Source of the DNA: Candidatus Omnitrophota bacterium
GTDB lineage: Bacteria > Omnitrophota > Gorgyraeia > Duberdicusellales > 4484-171
DNA length: 64,000 nucleotides
NCBI GenBank assembly: GCA_024231025.1
Contig: JAAEQW010000341.1
Span: forward strand, 54,155 to 118,154
Reading direction: 5' to 3'
Of this stretch, positions 61,601-64,000 are shown piece after piece. The notes below the pieces were generated by a model, which worked only from the letters and a program-made list of their open reading frames with translations, did no database searches and was not told the origin of the DNA. A program made the position numbers and the translations under genes. How positions within the stretch are numbered: the stretch's first letter is position 1; the number at the start of each line of letters is the position of its first letter.

Positions 61601-64000
61601 TGTCGATCACATTAACACCAATTGCTCCAGCAAACGCAATGCTCCCCTTTCCTGACTTACCAGTATTACCTTTTTGATCAGCTAAAACTGATGTACTCTT
61701 TGCTTTAGATGTATCACCTTCACCGCTAATTACTTCGTCTTCAGTTTGACCAGACTTTTCAGCATACTTATCAGCGCTGGCACCACGCGCAGTTGCAACT
61801 GCCATGATTGTATTTTTAGATAGAGATTTGGCTTTTACATCCAGCTTTCCATCAGTTTTTAGATCACGTAATAATGCAGCCTTTGTAGTTGACACATCTA
61901 CACCAACCGCAACAACCGCTCCTGCAGCAACCTTACCGCCTGCAGCCCTACCACCAACTGATGTATTATTTGTAATCTCACTATCTGCGGTAATTGACAC
62001 ATTACCACGGGAAACCAGCTGACGGTCTAACTGTGTAGTGTAAGTTGCGTCAGGTTTTTCAACGATCGCTTCAGTATTATTTACTGCAACTAATACTGCA
62101 ACCGCGGCATCAAGTGCCGCATCGGTATCAGTACCTTTAGCTGCTGCGGCACCCGCCGTTGCAGCTGTAGTTGAGAAATAAAGTGAATCTGCGTCAACAT
62201 TAATGTTATCTGAATTTAAAATTTTTGCGTCTTTTGTAATCACAGCTTTAGCGGTATTAATTGTTGTATTGACTGCAACTGATGCACCAATACCAATCTT
62301 AAAGTTACTTGAATCACTCTGAGCTTCAGCTGCATCTTTATCGGCAACGCTAGTTTCATTAGTAAGTGACGGATTACTCTCATCAGTTGTGGGAGCCGGT
62401 GTTTCGGCAACTTTAAGTTTATCAATCTTAGTTATTGCTGAAGCTGTAGCATTACTGACAACATTGTTGCTAGCTTTGGCTCCTACATCACCGGTAGCAC
62501 TTACTTTTCCTGCCATAATTGCCTGATTATCACTCATCGCAACATTAACTGCTAATCCTCCAGCAATACCTATCTTTAATGCGCTTGCACCAGCAATTGC
62601 GCTGGCTGAGAAATCATTACTATTGTCTAAAACAGTGAGTGGAGCCCCTAAAAGATCGGTGGTTTCCTTTATATATTCTTTCATGCCCGCATCAACTAAA
62701 ACATCTCCACCGGCATTAATTACTGACTTACCAATCTCGGCTTTATTACTATTAATTACAGTATTTACCGCAACACCAACACCGATTCCGGTACCAGCTT
62801 GAACTGCGCTTCCATCACCACGAGCCTTTCCATCCTGGTTAGCACGAGTCTGCACTGTAACATCACCTGCTATGGCATCAACCACAAGACCGTCATTAAT
62901 CTTTGCAAGATTATCTGATAAGCTTACATTAACACCGGCACCAGCAGCAACACTTACCTGACCTTCATGAGTCTTTGCCTCTTCCGGCTTAACTGTTTTT
63001 TGTGCTGTTTTAGTAGTCTTGCCCTTACCAAAGGTTGACCACTTATCAACTAATCCATTGAAATCCTTAACCTTTCCGCCTTGTTTTTGATTGATTGGTC
63101 GCGTACCAGCGGCAGTTGCAACAGATGAAGCTTGTGCATCAGTCTGGCTATCAGATCTAACAAATACATCTCCTCCGCTAGTATTAACACTGCGGGCTAA
63201 AGTTGCCTTAGATGAATCAAGGGCAACGTTGACACCCATTGAAACACCAACCGCAGCTCCGGAACCCTTAGCATCACTACTAGCATCACTGATTGTTTGA
63301 GATGTATGATCAGATACAACTTTCACATCACCATCCATCGCCGATGTAGTTACCGCTCCGGTTCCTAAATAACTTTCAGTTTCATTTAAATATACTCCAA
63401 CTGCAATCGCAGCATCAATCGCAACACCAACATCTTGCTCGCCCGAGCCAGTTCCAGTACCGGTTCCAGTTCCACTACCTGTTCCACTGGTATTTGGATC
63501 TGGTTCTGGAGGCGGCGTTTGCCCGGTATCTCCTGAAGCTAGAGTTGATCCCGGTTTTTTGATTGGTTGCGGCTCATTAGTTCCAGCAAATGCTTTGACT
63601 TTTGAAATATGACGACTACTTGCTTTTAAATCGAATCCGCCTGCCTTTTCTATAACTACACCATCTTCAATGTGTGCTTTGTTAGTATTAACTCCTACAC
63701 CAACCGCAACCCCCGCACCAACACCAACGTGAAAATTTTTCTTAGGAGTCGTTGGAGCATTAGGGTCAGCTGGATCCTGTGCTGGCGGATTTTCTTCTTC
63801 CTGTTTATCTTCTTCTTCTTGTTGCTGCTGCTCTTCGCTTTGATCTAATGCATTAGCATCATCTACATTGTTCGCTTTTTTATTTGCTTTTTTCGCATCT
63901 TTAGCCACTTTTAATGTAACTTTAGCACCAGCATGTGTTTTGTGTGTTGAGTTATTCTCTGAATGAACCTTAATTGCATCTTCACTCTCAACACTTTGCG
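43665..64000 (-). CDS. Giant filamentous beta-helical surface protein, Fusobacterium leukotoxin (LktA)-like repeats; 5' end outside the window
   Basis: Frame stays open from 63908 to the window edge (>6770 aa); repeated A/G/V-rich AGVAGSxxVN...TxAxIG units, coiled-coil insert, Pro-rich tail. Confidence 0.88.
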   Translation of the reverse strand, partial: QSVESEDAIKVHSENNSTHKTHAGAKVTLKVAKDAKKANKKANNVDDANALDQSEEQQQQEEEDKQEEENPPAQDPADPNAPTTPKKNFHVGVGAGVAVGVGVNTNKAHIEDGVVIEKAGGFDLKASSRHISKVKAFAGTNEPQPIKKPGSTLASGDTGQTPPPEPDPNTSGTGSGTGTGTGTGSGEQDVGVAIDAAIAVGVYLNETESYLGTGAVTTSAMDGDVKVVSDHTSQTISDASSDAKGSGAAVGVSMGVNVALDSSKATLARSVNTSGGDVFVRSDSQTDAQASSVATAAGTRPINQKQGGKVKDFNGLVDKWSTFGKGKTTKTAQKTVKPEEAKTHEGQVSVAAGAGVNVSLSDNLAKINDGLVVDAIAGDVTVQTRANQDGKARGDGSAVQAGTGIGVGVAVNTVINSNKAEIGKSVINAGGDVLVDAGMKEYIKETTDLLGAPLTVLDNSNDFSASAIAGASALKIGIAGGLAVNVAMSDNQAIMAGKVSATGDVGAKASNNVVSNATASAITKIDKLKVAETPAPTTDESNPSLTNETSVADKDAAEAQSDSSNFKIGIGASVAVNTTINTAKAVITKDAKILNSDNINVDADSLYFSTTAATAGAAAAKGTDTDAALDAAVAVLVAVNNTEAIVEKPDATYTTQLDRQLVSRGNVSITADSEITNNTSVGGRAAGGKVAAGAVVAVGVDVSTTKAALLRDLKTDGKLDVKAKSLSKNTIMAVATARGASADKYAEKSGQTEDEVISGEGDTSKAKSTSVLADQKGNTGKSGKGSIAFAGAIGVNVIDNDTIAQIGKDVEVVSGGPVSVKATANNNAKTLGSGSAIVGPHKVIWAQIDQKLEQTINGKPTPEEKKEAGGTAIGVGVAITNMTNDTLAIMGDYEEVNGKTRLVATGSSIDAGGADVELNATSTHNLHDDFISTLTSEGIAAAKSNKIGIAGSLAVTNAINKTEAGVGDYGRITNANNVTINAQDMSKISSKAWATTSVSGDEAKVGVGAAFAILHALNRIRAYAGNFSFIDVAGVVSIASKSLRVDPLIYGTIIWKDFDFLESAKKIVMGEDPGLTPQATAQADPGASNTKTTFAEWLEALNPLNYLRSHNYYTEAVSGTAAASKSQAETAISGSFAINVFENIFESFVGEDATVNAKELKVSSSADTDAATFAAAAAVSNKVSVGVSTADIVNTDIISARIDDRAKVTVDDNVDIDALSKKLLTSIGLAAGLSWGSLKGGSEGESGSTGGGSTGGSGGGSGGGSGGGSQEGTSVTGVLDILVSTAITEAKIGDNAKVKAGDDVDLKAQADTDLVNVAFAGSVGGKAGVGGSINANVISNITTAAIGESAQVNAKKAINVNAQGDELIVSIAAGGAYGGKAGVAGSLNTNVITTVTEAKIGGNALINQDLLYQGDGQSVNVEADDDTIVVAVSGGAAASKDGAGVGAAADVGVFTKIVRAIIGKGAQVKSTADSNNKAGDVKVRAHTKEEGVSVVVGAAAGKSAGVAGAGSIKVNTDITHAFIDDNAQVFADGNIDVNALSETDLNIIAGAGAFGKEAGVGGSMAINTIVKNTKAYIGNGAQVTARGLGDERAIWTGEMEDYLLSADKLALPDGTDISLDLGKLHLQEKYTEGQRGLSVQAFSTEDIENFIAAGAASGNAAVAGALAANVIVNTTKGYIGDNARINEDLTGAGANQSVAVGAYDYTDANDFIGQISIGKTAGVGGAATTTVVVKNTESFIGENSIVKALKDINLRSQSSENLDSLVVGIGGGQVGVQGAASIAVVNSNTKTYTKNNATLLADSGDLTLDAVNESEILTLDAVIAGGQTAAVGGAASVAVMVNETRAQIGTNNTTDAKGETRVKAQSQEDIDQFAAGVSVGGNAAVAGSLGVKVIKADTIARIDSGTKVNQSAGFRESDNITGQDIKIQAIDKVNTLSAMGSVAASSTAAIGGAADITIILNKTSANTGSGVLADAGGDVDIYGESDNAVHSLGIAGGGAGTAAVGGAVAVVAIGQAMDNADANDALASKDEDGNKTNTPNSQLDSDSAKSKTDGQLGEEGNRTFIDTEGIEHTVSDFVDENSQITVSEFFQTSSGAGSPDTLGNTSAFIGGGNTFNVGGDLSVEAHDKTFATVVSGSLQGAGAAAVGGAMALNIINRDTRAVIGPDSEVNVKGDAQVIATSDQDHVIATVAAGGAGTAGVMGSLALNVIILNTLAEVGERTEINKESDRGDSLVVDADNDLMIASVGGAASAGGAAGVGGTAVINAVVDSTYANISKDAKVYTNDDVIIGAHDNQIITSGGLSLQGAGAAAVGGVLVLNTMVNNTHAYIKEGATVDSEGNVALEAEDDTFMTNVAGSGRISATASVGGTLDINTIVKNTSAEIADNSIVNARGHAAGYLANVGTLTGANDAGYKPGDDEWSGKFGESSKDDPGNAWDSIAESFNASELTPLRNRKDKTTIKGLSITALSNETVINGIVGISGSGVAGVGGSGALTTVVNNTNALVGNNVAINSNNSAAAANQSVMLMAADHTRIYGANGSIAIGIAGAGVGVGITPVVLVKNTHARIGRDLKSGVPVHSTVNAKEDIIIKAQSSERMNSLVGNIAGGLYAGVGGAIGVNVGVADTSAGVAGRANLMAGRDIMVAAYDEMDVLLLTASFCASVFAGVSGSIGVNTIANTTRAYIGDYAQTDAAGTTHVSAISEAGITSSSIGAGLAGAAGVSGSINVNVLKSTTQAEIGNNTKINQNIAGTDVKVTASDTATIASIVGSVGGALAVGAGAALNVNVIRNSVTAKIGSNSFVDATGDILVDAASNKQLESYVGTAGIGAGAGLAGAVSVAVVGGPLNADAKGSLNDNIATTDEWSQYDVSEEQKGVGNEYQASTDMTNQNTAQQDRYKITDDINAQNSDAPVQAFIGVGAKVKAGNDLTVQARDNTKSQLFVGSLAGGMGGGFGASVGVNVVTNKVEAFIDDGAIVDVDGVLSVNAIEDEELVTGAGCLAVAGPGAANSGAIAVVVDTSQTLAHIDDADINQNTTTGKSNQSVIVSADSDSKIDTKIGAGAVAVGGGVGISSSTNVVAKKTLAYIASGANIGALHTIGVLANSYEDFNTFAVCLAAGLGGGLGGVISVNVLDNETDAGIGDADIESEGNVVVVASDEVDLNAVSGGASVGLGVGVGGTLNVNTIVNKTHAHIDDNAQVNALGRAGTYIPGTVKGLNVVAHSSQNIDVDTIGIGGAALAGVNASIQTTVVATETKATVGNSVTINSAGKDGVGDQNVKIKANDATVVDGNTESITGGFVSGGAAIDTVVIAKSVEASIGESIINANNNVDVESVSSSIIKSIAVGVAAGGFSVSGTIVIIDVIKDTIAAIGKAVIDAGGIGVRASDTTSVNSTAGSAGVGLAVGAAGTVNVTKVTGTTQASIADEAETDALGTTEVKAVSVANITKFIVSGALGGAAGVAGAVSVNLIKSITQAFIGTNAKINQKSSASNQHVNVQASDSANIGSSAGGVGGGLAAGAGVATDVNIIRSSAVASVGDEVKLHAGGNLTVNAASTKIVDSYTIAGGAGLAVGVGGAISVITIGGALDADTQEGIGDGKTASYADKDTSRDNNAMMDSSDSRHQKAKGIIEDKTSNVGVAGDMNNTSAAVLSATSASIGDQTTITTGGKVEVKAQDTVNAKTLTGAVAVGLGAGVGAGISVIGINQSTGASVGEYSTVDAIGNVDVIADTDETVNAKAFAGGGGFIGAGAAVAVVNDSAKTLATVGQYTNIKNANTINVHAFTDRSVVVESVGCAVGAIGVGASVAKVNIDGQTQASVENNSRIGRDVGKAVNGLNIRADATETATVKTTAGAAGIISGSGSDSEALISSTVSAYIGNNANILTANDIVVLATTDPRAYVSSGALAISILGSVGISLAEARISSIVTAYTGANSFINAANLSVTAEQKLQSGQSYAAYATTKAASGGLLLGGVGTESLADNTARVSSQIGGSTNIGVSGKTKVAANSTTSQKAYVSGKNGGIIAVGVNKTRANSNNTIKATVADTVTFIGGDLEVVAIGSDLNYAQAQSGSGGVINVGLKAADSATQTIANTEAKVGSNVIGNTMKQVKVNASHSTNFNSKADSVSAAVLNLSGAWANNYVSSDVNATLGADANITSLDFKMDASNYMFKNNIGYNINSGAGGFVGGAAAQSGSTVFGDTNITIGDNSIIRVLGDPSNPGTIRLSAFNYSDMYDKVKLDCGGAVAIAKAVSIINNPKNNSTISIGSGSSLESIGDVDISLRTKAAISTNVNVKTYGAAGAAQGASVSTTIVRNAISIGAGTLILSKGDINLMTGQNYNGAVNDFDVFANTDLWNKTAFPVETKPDADARVDQAASINIGSGADLRSVGHIRLFTERGSTSVKGYGVGKDLYREVLAAIGSFFSNLVGGGDVSLDIKAGSSTDISKTSINIDGKVEVGIENVKKLYINNDGTVDETNTSDGISVTLNSENLPNDIQGRIDTLDALINAIKDQVDSGTPSNYANGDVANQISGLETEKTNKESQRDDETTKKTNLTNDNTTKNNTITANKNTINTNKTTISTNDQTISGLQTELAGLDPKDDKARIKEINDEIVDLQDENKTLTDQNKDFTDDNVLLQSDIDENTTLIGVYATSISNINTRIIELNAEIIDLESQLIPDTNDTDDLRGLLAKYRAEKSMLEAQLSDLGGSANIGVMKVDQEITAKSSNIYIKTNSLTSSLAGQLIAPGDTLIEIKNESMNCLRTNKMTIPDEQGGDIFYNNAKVKTNNDINKRNMGGVANFGYIETSSDSTPLISVLNTRAAPYGMRAPDIFVDGDIRNLNGEININSRYGSVQVKQGVDIIADIIRIKAGRNVFIGYSDGFKNIAGDIKTHWDAIINSAYNGGYDVTHWGLPATLINTDFASEPSVIAGNMVFIAGEYLNINGIIQSGVQDKMLHITPAAIAAAQNFLSTWTPGTNALYEVPLATYKKAGTEDMANIPLFFDAQNQCFELGVGEIMGGYMELFGNIMNTAVGELKIMDGYGRINITNPSNYGIRLRSLNTGNGIEGTVKITDLAKKSISGDPLITLIKRINGNIIEFTNNNATGILDLDNGIITAWGSKATQYNPRANQYYSWTLRDRATWTEWQTRYRHRVFGINAGTDYHWGGVTATTRQPTTPIGADTLRVAPGHNETFWYDRSYYLTKTPWYWNSGWHMDVMAVLYIKDHENYKRYATETILHNFNIKASNPININFMGYTSGLINVTSNAGVIVDGPIKNSSGAINITTGANITQGLDEYAGITADAVNLNAQTGIGVIEDLEHGIIEAPVNISFVNNGQLQALSASGDIRVHAPSGDLRYSSITTTGDVLVSADTDIVGSGAGHLIKGNKVGIVSSHGDVGSALNVARVDSASSENGGLHATSAGDMYIQEISGDLYLIKAESLGGNVAIDAPAAIIDNNSVETVDERTKAALLNLWEEMELRDDDDSTKARDSAQRTVDAYERLRERQYTTYWRYRNAQDDPSVYKASFRVELTDAEVTHYTDMSWTQVQMTDLEDKRTAEYHALHLTYGSQGDIYDAGWTYDIAEGSDDWNRLTDGYSWTKDQLENSLGVGILKETSDTEVRIEDPNVIGTDVGLLANGMIGKDLDAVTITIAELRQKPWSELDESVPEEKAILDKILILMAAERKDILSQSSESITIQLRDDVDIEARGVVSASSNNNNIYLGSEGSLKLGMIDAGTADTRIKVAKGISQALSGVSLISGDTILEAADNSVGTGLGDELLIDLSGELTARAGDSIFIKENTGDILVDSLYAVKHISLDSSNSIFDALQTGGLDVRAESLYLKAPGDVGGSGAGQFLDVGLDATGLLSGDVGGDIFVASPQHNLHTGSLIAGGNINLQSNLDIVVHSLGGGIYTLLGDVSLDAYASILDGDADEAAGITGQYLSFVTVQANDSQKGTVGLKDNFLEIDTLSLGEVHTAAENGVYLLETAGNLKVDDIKVTEDGDAEVFAPDGDAYINNIFVTNGQAIIDALGSIFDNSAGSGANAVAGVVNLNAQNGVIGTFDDFFDVGCLVNANAPGDIHINEAIDNMDIGYIESTGGDVYLSSVGSIFDHANDATVDIRARDLFFTSVVASIGSISNPLEIELWGSHGLSVNSSENVYITSLNDLLVDHIFASDDVVLSAFGSIVDSLNSDVSNINAFNISLIASDNVGAEGNYLDVDTLGGLLSAQVSQNAYIREVDGDMNVDTITSLNGNVNLIGENADVNVGLINSTQGTTTITAYNSINDLLNSDSSNINAININLTATNGQIGSSDNYFDFDSSNATKGLINAYSYGDMFLNETIGEMNVGNLRTITGNINLLVTDGDFNAGVVTADQGDVSVKTLAGNINLGTINTLLGTTNLDASWSIFDADNTQTSNINSNHVNLIANTGQIGQTANYLDLNTTGVVDAQAYLGINLNEVNGDMIINQIRSEIGDVNMIIDGSLINGNPLGINLIGNVINLSAINGGVGSQNNRIIAGSYKFNIRAFGDIWVEEVFDDFIADFVISYGGIVAVLAASGNMRINDLWAAKGARLQLRNYSPALLVKGVNADFSWQDIDSASRKLFDDNQIEKAAAAKDYLDDELIASREVAALAEIKSANQIILPPLEKELEKERKAKPSKPSLIDMLRDKLTPPAVVPEVEIIPIIPPMPPVNLDVKPEIMIDIPLIQTPVPAALEVVPDVVMDAPATLPTVPAVQLPPLSQTMPQIGAPVAPPSIFFYHPLSGDGKSGTIDEDVYDSIKKDSEK

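Noticed and set aside
46576-63300. Numerous plus-strand and alternate-frame ORFs within the giant gene
   Set aside because: Shadow ORFs from the biased codon usage of the Ala/Gly/Val-rich repeats.

Overview
Low-GC bacterial chromosome segment; the giant adhesin gene, the GC palindromic micro-repeats and the gene set suggest Ca. Omnitrophota or a relative (inference only). Bases 1-20.8 kb are an accessory region stacked at the 3' end of a tRNA-Asn(GTT) gene (minus strand, 20813-21232) whose anticodon is split at 35/36 by a 344-nt group I intron. Copies of the tRNA 3' end at 8591 and 8763 delimit a ~12 kb element carrying an HUH rolling-circle-type initiator next to a stand-alone, exonuclease-less family A DNA polymerase, a large serine recombinase, a second smaller serine recombinase associated with three homologous sites that flank cargo modules, and a translationally coupled four-gene candidate defence operon (Panacea/SocA-like, PD-(D/E)xK, Zn-binding beta/TGT-like, SIR2). 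Further left are a ~0.9 kb structured non-coding region and an operon of small regulator, alphaCTD/sigma4 mosaic, MORC-type GHKL ATPase, unknown protein and Dam-like methyltransferase. The right part is mostly core genome (MNT-HEPN TA, recR, dnaX, HtpX-like protease, lemA, antiporter, trkA/trkH, MFS) with an orphan integron cassette among decayed RAYT genes, and ends in a >20 kb LktA-like filamentous protein gene that runs off the window.
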